Positions 39,501 through 52,706 of a stretch of 64,000 nt of DNA are shown in pieces (the first letter of the stretch is position 1; each line of letters begins with the position of its first letter). The notes beneath the pieces were generated by a model. The model was not told the DNA's origin. It searched no databases and worked only from the letters and a program-made list of their open reading frames with translations. Both the position numbers and the translations under genes were made by a program. Source of the stretch: Ascidiella aspersa (taxonomy: Eukaryota); contig OZ004613.1 in assembly GCA_963924565.1 (NCBI GenBank), forward strand, positions 21,700,001 to 21,764,000, in the 5' to 3' direction.

Positions 39501-40073
39501 ACTGCAATACAAAGTAAAAACAATTACAATCGAATTTTATTTATTTACAAAAGCTGACAACATCAAACTTTTGCGTAGGCGCTAGGCGCAACAAGTAAAA
39601 TTTACGATAGTGGATAGCAAAAGCTTTCGATATCATTAAGTTGTGAATAACTGTAGCATATATCTTTAAAAGGTTACGTACTGTACAACGTATATGTGTG
39701 ACTTTTTAATTTTTTGTCATATTGCAACAAACCACCTGTGTAGTCGTCGCGGACCACAGTTTGGGAAACCCTGCCTTAGGCTACTTACCTTTAATGGCTT
39801 TTCGCTAAAGTCCCTGTAGCGCCGATCAAAGTTCTTGTCCATGCTGCGTTCCAACTCATTCCAGTTTGGCGCTTCGCCTCGAAACTTCACCAATCCATTG
39901 CCTGGCTGGGCAGGTGTTGGCTTGGGCTCAATGGTAAAGCCCTGCTTGCGCCCTACTTTAAACTGGTGGGAAGTGTCGGGATGCCAGTCGTTCACCACCA
40001 GGTCGTGTATCTTGCTCTCCAGCTGGTTGCCGTCCAAGTTTCCCACGTCGTGCGATTTAACCCTTCTCGACAT
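36589..40073 (-). pseudogene. Frameshifted copy of the small orphan gene (exons 40073-39789, 38144-37943, 36637-36589)
   Basis: A 10-nt deletion (ggttggtcct, flanked by gtcct microhomology) relative to the copy at 45697-45706 gives TGA at 38069-38067. Confidence 0.55.
39441..39773. mobile_element. hAT MITE in intron 1 of the small orphan gene (internally deleted relative to 47084-47532)
   Basis: TIR cagagtttcccaaac / gtttgggaaaccctg; TSD ccttaggc. Confidence 0.9.
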
Positions 40074-41163
40074 GATGTGTTGCTTGTCTGTAAAGCTCTC
40101 GACAGTTTTAGGTTCGCAAACGCGATGAGATTTAATATAAAGGGGGGGCTGTAAATATCAACACAGGTGGTGAGGCATATCCTCAAAATAAATTTGATCA
40201 GCTCCTGTTTTTTTTATTTTATTCGGCACAGAAGTATAGGAGGAAATACCTGGCATTTGGCTGCTTATGCAAGCGGCGATCAGGCAAACAGACTAATACC
40301 GTTATTTTTGCTGTTATAATTACTCAGCGTTATTGTAAGAGGGATTTCGGAAAACCAAGCGCTATATTTCGAGCCCCAAAACATTAATTTCACAAATATC
40401 TAAATTAATTATTTTTTGTTGTAAAAAAATTCGAAATGAACTTTGGCTTTGTTTTTTGGGGGGTTTATAGACTTTTATGGGTTTTATTCAAAATTTTCGT
40501 AAGTGTTATATTAATCTAACAGAAAAACGGAAACCTGACAAAAAAATCTCAAAAAGCGAAAAATTGCCAAGAAAAATTAAAAAAAAAGCTTGAGAAAAAT
40601 TGCCACAAAAAGAGAAATTCAATGTACCAGCATGACCATTTATTGCATTTTTAACAAGCAGAGGCTTGTTAGAGTTTTTATTAGATTTGGCTTTTTTTCT
40701 CTCTTTTTGAGGCAAGTTTTTTTTGTTTTTGTTTTGACTATCTGGCAACCCTGAGTTGAATATGTCCAATCCGCATTTCTTTAGAGCTATCTTTTGTGGT
40801 TTGTGTGAGTACGACGGTGAGGATAATGGTAGGGTAACAACACGTACCCTTTTGAGAAAGTAAGGCAAATCAGTGGTCTATCAAGGACACTGCAGGATGC
40901 CCATGTGCTCAATTTGCATATTTTGCGTTATTAGCTTCTGGCATAGTGAATATACGAATTTAAAGAAGAAGTGATAAAATATTAGGCGTAAAACTACTTT
41001 GCATTATATTTTTGTTCATTTTTTATACAATACATTCCTTGAATTTATAGACCTTCGCGTTACACCTGATCAACGACAAATAAAGAAAATGCCACTGAAA
41101 AAGACTATGGTAACAATAGCAAATGATATAACCTTCTAAATATATATATAGCTTATACAAACT

Positions 41164-41358
41164 TTTGATAATATCCTCTTTTGTGGAGTGCTTTTGGTAA
41201 GGTTGTTTGATATTTTTATCATCACGCAGACTTACGATAAATTTTGCTAAATTTTATGCACATTCTTCGTTCCATGACATATTTTTATTCGGTACAGCAA
41301 ACATGGTATGTGTTGGTGGCCTATTCTGGCTGAAAGGGATGCAGCAAATGCTTGGCAT
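41164..41358 (-). pseudogene. Decayed THAP zinc-finger ORF, second copy
   Basis: MPSICCIPFSQNRPPTHTMFAVPNKNMSWNEECA*NLAKFIVSLRDDKNIKQPYQKHSTKEDIIK. Confidence 0.6.
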
Positions 41359-44160
41359 TGTTCTGCGCAAAAACATTAGGTTTACAGCTATTGTTGGTAA
41401 ACCAAGTGGCTGTACTGAAGCTGTACCACTGCAAAACATGCAAAAAAATTAAATAAAATCCAAACTAATGTAATATTTTTTTAATAAACTTACTAGCAGT
41501 TGTCTTGATGTTTTATATCTTTTTTCACTACCTGAACTGTGGTCACAGCAATGAAATAAAAAAAGTCTGAAGGTCATTAACAATGTGCGATCGGGTTCAC
41601 TGGTCAATAGTAGGTGTCTGAACCAGACCGTGACGGTGCACACGAAAATTTGATCACGTGACGCGAGTTTCAATTCATTTGTTTTTATGTCGTTGACCTG
41701 ATCATCACTACTGTATTTGTTTTGTCACGTGACAAGAAGTGTTTAAGCCCAGAAAAAGTTGTCTACCGTCAATTGCTAACCTACTATTTTTTCGATAAAT
41801 TCACCTATGGTGAAAATCAAGTTGCGATATTATCACGCGTCGGGTATTGGTTCCGATACGGTATTAAGAGTAATATATTAGTTGAATATTTGTTTTGAGT
41901 AATATATGAGTTGAATATTTGTAAGTTTTCAGCAACCTTACCACGTCGTTGGTATAGGTGGAAATTATGGGGATTTATGGCTCATTGAATTTCGTACAAG
42001 CCACAAATAATATTATATTGCGATTACCTCGGGATAAAGACATTCATACAGATGTTTCTAGTGGATGTATGAGATGGTTCATTCTGTCCGGTATTCCATC
42101 GCTGATTGGCGGATCTACTTCGATAGATGACTCTACACACGCGCTAGACGGAGTTACGTCATACAACGCACGTCCACAAATGCTTTCCCGATGCTTCGCG
42201 CTCGGTCGAGAGAGAACCCCCCACCCCGAAATGTTCTCTTGTAGACGCGATGGATAGAGCGAGCGTTATGGATAGGAATAGCGTACGGGCCCTTCCTTAA
42301 AAGTGTCTCGAGACGCCTTCAAACACATCCGAATGGGCACTGCACGTGGCAGTATGCCCTTGTTTTATTTCGATAACCGTTTCGTTATTTTCTATCTCTG
42401 CAAGAGTTGGCTATTACTTATGAAGGTTAAAAATATTATACATTATCCATTGCCCCCAGTGGCATATCCAGGGAGCGGGAGTTCTTACCCCTTTTTTGTA
42501 AGTGATATTATCGTTGTTTTTTCGTTTTTGTCATGGTTTAACAAACTGTTCGAAGCGGCGTGCTTTTTAAGTTATTGGGTCACGCGTCTTAATCTAATGC
42601 GAAACCAAAATCGAGCGCAAAACGCCATTTTTCGTCTTTTGTTTGGTCGACCGTAAACGCAGGATAGTTTTTCTCTTTCGTTGTTTGTTTAGGTTGACTG
42701 ATTAGCAAGTGTGTATATTCGACAATTGACAACGCTAAGTCAAACCTTCTTTCTTTTTTCCTCGCTAAAAAACGTCGAGTTATACGCAGTGTATGCTCCT
42801 CGCTGTTCGGTCTCTGCGCTAATATTCGATGTTGGTGTAACATCGACATTTGTTTAACTGAAGCAGATTCATAAAAGGAGGTATTATGGTGACTGTCGTG
42901 CGCGTTTTAAAGTCTCCATTTTTAAATAATGATGGTTAACGCAAAATTATGCTCTTTAAGCACACTCTAAGACCGCGTGCTAAGTGTTCAATGGACACAA
43001 CTTATTTCCCCTCAACCGCAGCTTGTAATTTAGCTGACCTTGGCACACAGCTCGGCGCAGATATTGCGCTAATCGTGGCATAATAACACCCGGAATAAAC
43101 GATCTTCGTTTAGTATTGCAGGTGGTAAAATACGTGCTTGTAATTTAGCGCTCGTTTCGTTTATGGAACTTAAAAAAAGCGCTGCTGATAGTCGAATTAT
43201 GTGTGATTCTACCACAATTAATCAGATTGCACAGCGTGGCTTCGCAGCTGGCGCCTGACAAGATTGTCGACGACGCAGGTGGTCGCTTTTGCTGGACGTA
43301 TTTGGCTGTTTCTGATTAGTTTTTTTTATCACGTCTTGTCATCACCATTCTATGACGTCATACTGTCACTGTTTTATGACGTCATTATTCATTAACGTCA
43401 GATGAAAAAATAGGGGAATTCCCCAAGTTGAAAATTCAGGACCCCCCTTTTTGATCTTCTGTTTACTCCCCTGATTGACCCCCCTGGAAAACTTTCTGCG
43501 GGCGCCCCTGCATGTGGTTGGCCTATTTTATCTTAGTCGGTTTCTCTTCCTACTGACTCGAAAGACGATGTTGATAATTATCAGAATGGAAGGTTTTTCG
43601 TGGAAAAACAAAAGCAAAAACACCTCGATCGGAACAAAATATCTTACTGCTTTGACCTTATAAAATAGTACTGATGTTTTAAAAATTCCTAAAGCTGTCC
43701 TATTTGTTGTTTTATTTAATACAACTGAGCTGCATACAATTTTGTAATTGAGAACCGTATTTGGGAAATAAACAACTTAAATGTGCTTTCAATCAGTGGT
43801 TTCTAACCTTGGGATTCCAAGGGGGTCGCAAGGGTTGTCTGGGAGTAGATATAGGGGAAACTAACACCAAAAAGCTATAATGTACCTTTGTGTTTGTTTC
43901 CGAAGCTTAGCTACGGTCAATTTTTTTTTCGGAGAATTACCCTGCAAAAACATCGTCAATTTTAAGAAAAGGGACATTTGTTTGCTATGTTTGTTTTTTT
44001 GTGTTTATTTCACAAATGTTTGGATGATGTTATATTTACAGGTAATTCCATATACAAGACAGAATCAGAAATGAAGCATAATGCTCAATTGGCATAATTT
44101 TACAATAAAAGTTAATGGGTTATATGGCTGGGAAGTCTGCTGTTTCCCCTTGTAGGTGGT

Positions 44161-47100
44161 TTACCAGTTTCCAAACTCTTCGTTCCAGTAGGAACTGTTT
44201 CCACTTTCTCTGTAGAAAAACACAGTAAAGCAGGTTATGAATACCTCTTAGAACTAGAAATATCGGCAAACAAAGTATACCATTGCACATTTTGTCGCAG
44301 GGAAATTATGGGAAAACATCCACGGATAAAGGTTTGTCATTACTTTGCTTTCGCGAGCAATATTTTTATTGAAGAGTATTTTGGAAAACCGGAGTTTCAA
44401 ACGCACACAAACTGCACACATTAGGTTACAGTTTCTCTAATCAAAATACTGCAAGTTTTACTCCATAGTTGCGTCAAATCCGCTCGGTCACCGTTGAATG
44501 CAATTATAAGCACGAGGTTTTACGCTGCGCAATGATAGAGGCAACCATCCGTAAACACGGAATGACATTACACATTAAAATGTTTTATCGACCTAAATAT
44601 ACTGTTGAACCGCGCACAAATTACCATGCGGCGCATAGAAAACGGGAGGTTACGGCACATTCTGAAAGTTAAACAAATGATAAACATTCTCCAGGCTGTG
44701 GAATCAATAAAGGGAGTCAGCAGGTGGCCGATTTGATATTGATGTTGTCTTATCAGCGGTTTTAATATCAGTTTCAAGTCCTGGTACAAATAAAGTTATG
44801 CCACTAAGTTTGTGACAAGAGCATGCACTCTCTCTATATAACAGTGGTCTATTTACAACATAATTAAACTCAGCAACAACTCGACAAACCCGTGTGTTTT
44901 AAAATAATTTAAAACCCGTGTGTTTTAAAATACTTTTCAATATCTATGGTACTACGAAAGAGACTAAACAATTACGAGAGGAATTCGCGTGGTAATTTAC
45001 TGATTAAACGATCACTCAATTTAACTAGGGTTGAACATAAATATTTTTTACCGACACGATATTTTTTTAGAAATGAGGTCACAAGGTTGCCTCATAACGG
45101 GGCGTTTTAAACAAGTAACCATGTAAAGCCTAAGGTTGTTGTTCGATGTAGTGCACAAATATACATTTGAAGTATTAGTTTAAATGAAAAAGAACACGGC
45201 CTAGTAAAAAATAACATACTTTTACCGGTGAGGTGTACCTGCAAAAATGTATATCCTGACAAGTTTTACCCCCAACCAAAATTTTAATCATTTAGGCCCA
45301 GAAAGTGCGTCAGGAATGATACTTTTAAGATGGTAAGTTATTGCAAATGTCAAGGGTTAGAATATCACAGACTAGTTTTTGCGAATTGTTAAATTTAGGT
45401 CAAATACCTATACGAACGAGAAAACAACCAAACAAATATTCGACAGACATTACACGATTGGTTACCAGTCGTTTTCAGTCTTTTTGGTCTCGTTCGGTAA
45501 TTCATGCAACACTCGTTTGCTACCAGACTGGATCAATTGCATTAATTCATTACTACCTACCGCTGATCGCAGGCCCGGCGCCGATCGTGGGGGTGTCCCC
45601 GGAATGCGTCAATCATTTCCCGGGGTCTCCCCTGTTCCACGGCCCTGTTCGTGGCCTGGCGGACCTCGTTCCTGCTGGGGAAGCTCATACTGTCCTGGTT
45701 GGTCCTTCGGGCCGACTCGAACTTGGATAAGACTGACGCCTTTCCCGACTTGGTGCGCGGATTGAACGATTCCTTGGTGAAAACGTTGGGGTTCAGTTAC
45801 TGCTGGTATATAGTGATTTGCAATGATATATGCCCAACGCCAGTCCATCTAACGGTTTGTTTGTAACAAACACAGATTTTTTTTCAGTTTGGCAATTATG
45901 TATTGCAAACTTCAAAAAGAATTGGATCAATGTGTTATGTTGAACATCATTTCAGACTGTCGTTACTTTTTGACGATGCTTTGCGGGGTTCAGTTACTGC
46001 TGGTATATAGTGATTTGCAATAGCTCATCCATGAAGCCAGTCAATCTAACTGTGTATTTTTTTTAGTTATTCGTTTGCAACAACTACAGAAAACCGTTTC
46101 GAACATTTTTCAGTTTGGTAAGTCCATATTGCAAGCTTTTAAATGAATTAGATCAATATATCATGACATGTTAAACATTATTTCAGATTGTTTTCGGTTA
46201 TGTTATTCTCAATATCCTATTGTAACTCACTCAAGGACAAAAACTACAGAATATTGACGCATCGAAAATTTACTTTAAAAAATTGTTCTACCTGTAAGAA
46301 ACTTCCCCGTAAGGTTTCATTTTGTCAACGGTACAAGAAGCTAAATTTCATAGCTAAAAAATAAAGTAGTTTTCATTCAATTGTTTAAATTTTGATTGTT
46401 TGTTTGAGGAGAAGTCGATATGTCATTTTATAGCGCTCTCCTAGCCAATTTTTAAACGGGGTGGGCAGAGCTCTTACACAATATTTACTTTATGTATAGC
46501 AATTTGAATGGTTTCACTCTTCGCTTAGTGTTGATGTGTAGTTAAGTATATGGAAAAGTTGTTTAACGATTTTTCGATTTGCAAGTTTTACGCTATTATT
46601 GTTTATTAGTTATTTTGTGTAGGGGCCGTTTGAATTTTATTTGCTACTTTTTACAACTGATTTAGGCTAAGTTTAGTCAAAACAAGCTGCTACATTTGAT
46701 GGAGATGTAACATAGGGACTTACACAGGGGGTAGGCAACAGACTACGTATTTAAAGTATTAACGACTTTTGATATCAAATTGCCAACTTAAATAAACCAT
46801 AAAAGTTATCGCACATCCCCAAGTGATAACAGACTCGCGCCGGAGCTGCAGACATTTAAGCGAATCTGTACTGTTTTTACAGTATGCCAGACAGTATGCC
46901 AGAGAACAACTGTTCTATAGTGGTGTTCCATTCGGTAATTGATATTATGGTTTAGTTTGAATAAGGGTTATTATATATATAAAAAGGTCGTTTTAGGCCT
47001 AAAGACTCTGAAAATGTTACCAATCACTTCTTAAGGAGTTAGTCGCTCACAGAATTTCCCGTGGAAGCATTTGGCCCTTAGGCCAGGGTTTCCCAAACTT

Positions 47101-47832
47101 TTTTGGACCACGGACCACTATTTGTGAATTTGTTTTTTCGCGGACTGCAATACAAAGTAAAAACAATTACAATCGAATTTTATTTATTTACAAAAGCTGA
47201 CAACATCAAACTTTTGCGTAGGCGCTAACTTTTGGTAGGCAAACAGTTGAAATGATCTCAACAAAACCGCAAATTCCGAATTGCGATAAAATATATTATG
47301 ACGCCATAGACGAGGAATACGAGAATTTTTCGTAAACAACTTTTTGACAACAAAGGCGCTAAAATTTACGATAGTGGATAGCAAAAGCTTTCGATATCAT
47401 TAAGTGTAACTGTAGCATATATATTTAAAAGGTTACGTACTGTACAACGTATATGTGTGACTTTTTATTTTTTTGTCATATTGCCACAAACCACCTGTGC
47501 AGTCGTCGCGGACCACAGTTTGGGAAACCCTGCCTTAGGCTACTTACCTTTAATGGCTTTTCGCTAAAGTCCCTGTAGCGCCGATCAAAGTTCTTGTCCA
47601 TGCTGCGTTCCAACTCATTCCAGTTTGGCGCTTCGCCTCGAAACTTCACCAATCCATTGCCTGGCTGGGCAGGTGTTGGGTTGGGCTCAATGGTAAAGCC
47701 CTGCTTGCGCCCTACTTTAAACTTGTGGGAAGTGTCGGGATGCCAGTCGTTCACCACCAGGTCGTGTATCTTGCTCTCCAGCTGGTTGCCGTCCAAGTTT
47801 CCCACGTCGTGCGATTTAACCCTTCTCGACAT
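44161..47832 (-). CDS. Small basic orphan protein of about 181 aa (exons 47832-47548, 45772-45561, tentative 44209-44161)
   Basis: GC-rich exons; donors GTAAGT and GTAGGT; phases 0 and 2 compatible. MSRRVKSHDVG...EKPLK|ESFNPRTKSG...RACDQR|ESGNSSYWNEEFGNW*. The C-terminal exon structure is ambiguous (alternative small exon near 44661-44625). Confidence 0.55.
47084..47532. mobile_element. hAT MITE
   Basis: TIR cagggtt(t)tcccaaac / gtttgggaaaccctg; TSD ccttaggc. Confidence 0.9.
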
Positions 47833-49271
47833 AATGTGCTGCTTGTCTGTAAAGCTCTCGACAGTTTTAGGTTCGCAAACGCGATGATATTTAATATAAA
47901 GGGGGGGGGGGGGGGGGGCTGTAAATATCAACACAGGTGGTGGGCATATCCTCAAAATAAATTTGATCTGCTCCTGTTTTTTTTATTTTATTCGGCACAG
48001 AAGTATAGGAGGAAATACCTGGCATTTGGCTGCTTATGCAAGCGGCGATCAGGCAAACAGACTAAACCGTTATTTTTGCTGTTATAATTACTCAGCGTTA
48101 TTATAAGAGGGATTTCGGAAAACCAAGCGCTATATTTCGAGCCCCAAAACATTAATTTAACAAATATCCAAATTAATTATTTTTCGTTGTTTTCAATGAT
48201 CATAATTTTCCCCTATTTCAAAACCCTTGTTTTAAAAAAAGTTGCTTCTGATTGTATCATAAGCAGTCTGCCGAGCTTCCAACTTGACTTTGTGTAAAAA
48301 TTTCCGAATATAATATCCTGTTACCATGCCCACTTCGTTGAACAGCAGTTGTTACTAAAAAGAGGCTTAGAAAGTTGCTTCAATTTGGAATATTGCAATA
48401 AATCTGTCATTGGATGCGTCGTCAGCGTTTGTTCGGCCGAACACTATACTGTACACATTATGCGCACTATAGTGCTGTAGATATTATGCGCTTTGTTTTG
48501 AAAAACAATAATTATTTAGCAAGAAAGGTCATTGTCTCCTAACAATGGGTTGTAGCTGCTGTGGTGGAGATAGAAAATGTTTGTGTCCAGATTTAGAGCA
48601 CGTGGTGGGCCACGAATTGCTATAAAATAGACGTTTGGGCCACAGACCAAAAAAGCTTGGGAGCCCCTGGCCTAATCATTATCAAGTGGTAATCAAATGT
48701 AATGGGACGAACGATTAACGTTTCATGCCAAGAAAGAGTTTTGTTATTATAGATTCGAAACCAACTTTTCAAGAATACCTTGGCATTTTTTATACCGGTA
48801 TTTTTGTTTTTCAAGTTGACATTGCACCAGCATACGCCACAAACTGTCTTCTGACTGGTATAAGAAGAACAATATCTACTCTTGTTATTGAAACACTCTT
48901 AGCTTGACTTGACTTGCGTTTCCACTTCTAGTGGTGACTGAAGGGTGTAGGCTTTGATAGTCAAACCCGCGCACACTATCTTTTCAATCTGTTATATTCC
49001 AATGTTTAAATATTCCAAAATGATGTATATTCCAATGTTTTTCGCTAGTTAACGTCATGCAAAATCCTGCGCCATACTGACAAATTGACACACGAGCGCG
49101 GTTGAAAACAAATACTAAACAAGGCAGCTTGCTTTAACTTTAACCAACTGCAAAAGGAACTTCCATCTTTATTTAGGCTACGCCAGAATCAATTTGCGAA
49201 AGAATGGCGCAACTTCTCTCACTGGCTGTATGGGAAAAAAGACCGAGCACTATATATATTGTACTGCAGAT

Positions 49272-50032
49272 TAGGGTTCCTCTCCGGGAATGTTACCCGC
49301 AAATTAACAATCCCGAATCCCGGGAATTTTTTTTTAAATCCCGGGTATTCGGCAACATAGCAAAACTTTAAAAAAATTTTCGTTTTTGACAAATATAACG
49401 AAAAAAATAGGGCGTTCCTTCACTTCTGCACGTAGAAAGTTATGCAAAAAAACGGTCTACAAATACCGCATACCATAGCGCACATTATTTACGTTGGGGT
49501 GCGCGTTAGCGTTTAAATGAGGGTGGTCAGGTGATATTATTAGTAATAAATATAATAACACTTGACCCACTCTCACCCAAACGCTAATCCAAATAATGTG
49601 CGTTATGGTATGCGGTAATTTTTTTTAGTTTTTTGCATAAATTTATAGGCCTACGTGCAGAAGTGCAGGAGCGCGAAAAATAGTACAAACCATGTTATCG
49701 TCATTGCTTTATTTGCTCTTACCAGCGGAAAAAACCTAATTAAATTTATTCTAGCAATAAAATGCGCCTTGCATGCGCTTTTTTTTAAATTGAAACAAAT
49801 AAGGGTCCTGACTTTAATACGAAAAGGTCTTGTAAGATTGCAGAAGCTATGCTACAAAACGTAAATGAACTTAATGAAATGTTTGGAGCTAATATAAAAT
49901 AATTTAAAACGTGTCATAATGACGTAATTTTAGGTATAATTTTTTCGTCGGGAACCCCGGGATTCCCGGGAAGTTTCATTTTTTAATCCCGTTTCCCGGG
50001 AGTGAAAAAATCCGGGAAAAAGAGGAACCCTA
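49272..50032. mobile_element. hAT MITE with TAGGG termini and CCCGGGA subterminal repeats, containing a nested palindromic MITE (49411-49675)
   Basis: TIR tagggttcctct / agaggaacccta, TSD ctgcagat. The inner element has imperfect TIRs of about 85 bp, flanked by aaaaatag. Confidence 0.88.
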
Positions 50033-52181
50033 CTGCAGATTGCTTTAAATACCCTGGCTCAAATCACCGAACACTCCAACAGTTAGCCTGTGCTTCGCGT
50101 ACAATTTAAAACTGCGTTTCGAGAAAATTGAATCTCTCTTGAAAATTGAAATCATCAGTCGTCTACGAAAAAAGCCGCTTACTGTTCTGGAACGTTTTTT
50201 CTCGTTTGAGCGCATGACAAAAATCACTCACACGCTTGCCGCGTTTCAAAATTCTATCCATTGTTGAATGGGTTAACTGACGTATGTCGCCACCCTATAA
50301 ATAATAGGTGTTTACGGCGAACTATAATCCTGTTTTGCTCTGTTTAAATTCGTATATTTACAAAGCGGCTGTCATAACACAAAAAATATAAAAGAAAAGT
50401 TAAAATGCTGCCAATACCGGCTTTAATGCCGTTCTTTATAACGGATTAATATTTAGATTTTCTTTATTTACAAAATATTGCCGCTGCTTATTTTTCTTTG
50501 GTTATAGCTCAGCTAGAGATTACGGTTATGGCTCAGCTAGAGATGATAGTCGAATTATGTGTGATTCTACCACAATTAGTCACACATATTTCACGGTCTT
50601 CGTTTGTTTTTTCGCCCCAAGTTAACGATTGCACACAGTGATTTCGCAGCTGGTGCCTGACAGCATTGTCGACGACGCACGCGGTCGCTTTTGCTGGACG
50701 TATTTGGCTATTTCTAATTAGTTTTTTATCACGTCTTGCAATCACCATTCTATGAAGTCAAACTGTCACTGTTTTATGACGTCATCATTCAATAACGTCA
50801 GACGAAAAATGGGGGAATTCCCTAAGTTAAAAATTCAGGACCCCCTTTTCGATTTTCTGGTTATGCTCCCGATTGCCCCCCCTTGGAAAATTTTCTGCGG
50901 GCGCCCCTGCCGTCACCCGATCCGTTAGAAATTAGTGCATTTCTAAGCAAAAAGGTCTACGACAATTAGGGCATCCAATGGCAGAAAAGTCTAGACTTTT
51001 AGAGCTTGAGGTCGTGGCAATGCACTAATAACGGATCGGGTAACTCGGGTCAGACCGTGATATTACAGATAATACACGACCGTCTAGGCACGACCGTTTG
51101 ACGAATTTCTACCAAGCCTGTTGCATTGAACGAGAGGTGATATCTTCGTTTGTGAACGACTCACCACAGGCGAAATCTACTCCTTTGACAAAGCAATTTT
51201 CATCTTTAAAAAAGTTGGATATAACGTACAAGGACTAAAACATTGGGTCGTCGTTAGTAGGCAACTGTGTAAAATTTCCTTGTAACAAACTCGAAAATTA
51301 GGCTAGCACATATAACTCTTTTATTTTAGTCGGTTTCTCTTTCAACTGACTCGACAGACGATGATATTAATTAGCCTATATATTATTATCAGAATGGAAG
51401 ATTTTTCATTGAAAAAAACAAAAATGTTGATCACCAGCAACGAAAACCACACCGTCAATAACTAACTACTTGGACGATTATCCGTTAAACCTAAAATGCT
51501 GGAAATTAAAAAACAATATTTTGACATTTTACGTGTACACTGATTTAAACAACGCTTTGTTGTAAGAGTTGTGAGTCATTTGTAAAGATTTTTTTGTTGT
51601 TTTGACTACCGGGGAACGCATTTTTGGTTTTCCAAGAAATGCAAATCTCTTAAAAATGCCTCTATTAACAAAATACAAAAACAACAGCCATTCAAATATG
51701 TTCTTTTTTAAGAAAAACAAGATACTGATTATTTAAGAAAATCGTTGGGTACCGGTAACAGTTTAATTGAAATACAAGGTAAACATTTAAAACAAGTTGA
51801 AAAAACGAAAAATACAAAAAGTTTATTATATATTCTTTTGCGAAATATTCGTTTATATTTCCTTAGATCATTAGATCAACCAAAACAAAAAACCAATCCG
51901 TACAGTAATCTGGCCGCGATCGTCAGTTCTTACGGAAAAAAAAAAAAAAATGGTTAACCTGGGATGAACTATGAATTAGTTACCAAACCCCTGATATAGA
52001 GGTAACATTTTATAACAATGGCGAAAAACTAATTTACTGTTGTTGTTTATCCAACTAACAACCGAACTATCTGATCAGTACATTAGTTTTATTCTTTTTT
52101 TATGCCAACATTTTTGAGAGCATTGCAGTTTACTGCAGTTGAAGGCTAAAAAAGCACTAGACTGAAATTGTTGTTCTAAAT

Positions 52182-52706
52182 CAACGGTGTTCAACCTGCG
52201 GCCGTACGGCCACATGCGGCCGTCGATGAATAGTTATGCGGCCGTTAACACATATTTTAATAGGCATGTGTTGGCGGCCGTGTCCGTGCTGGCATGCGTT
52301 AATGGTTGATATGCTAAATGTAAGTTAATTTTTTTACGATTGATGCAAAAATAAATTAGTGAGGCGCGACTTATAAGCAATTTTTAGGGGAAAACTTGGT
52401 ACCACCCTGGAACTGCATGCGCGCCGTTTTAATGATCAGCTGCTCAGCTGCGTCACACGTCACATGATAAACTCAATAAACGCATTTTTCGCGCTTTGCG
52501 CGATTATACTAGCCTATGTTTCAGTTCCATATTTTTGCAAGAAAACATTAGAGAACAACAAGTAATTGTTTAAGAATAGTTGGTCTATGACATCACGTTA
52601 TGACTTAACTTTCTGACGTCATCTCTAAAACAAATTTACTGGCGGCCGTGAGATCAAAAAAGACGGTCAATGCGGTCGTCAACAGCTAAAAGGTTGGGCA
52701 CCCCTG
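52182..52706. mobile_element. hAT MITE specific to copy B
   Basis: TIR caacggtgttcaacct / aggttgggcacccctg; TSD ttctaaat; empty site at about 22448-22455. Confidence 0.9.

Larger units (their letters stand above)
32245..40422. repeat. Tandem duplication of about 8 kb, unit 1
   Basis: Collinear, high-identity match to 40423-48190 with scattered indels; about 35856-36368 is missing from unit 2. Confidence 0.92.
40423..48190. repeat. Tandem duplication of about 8 kb, unit 2
   Basis: Matches 32245-40422. Confidence 0.92.
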
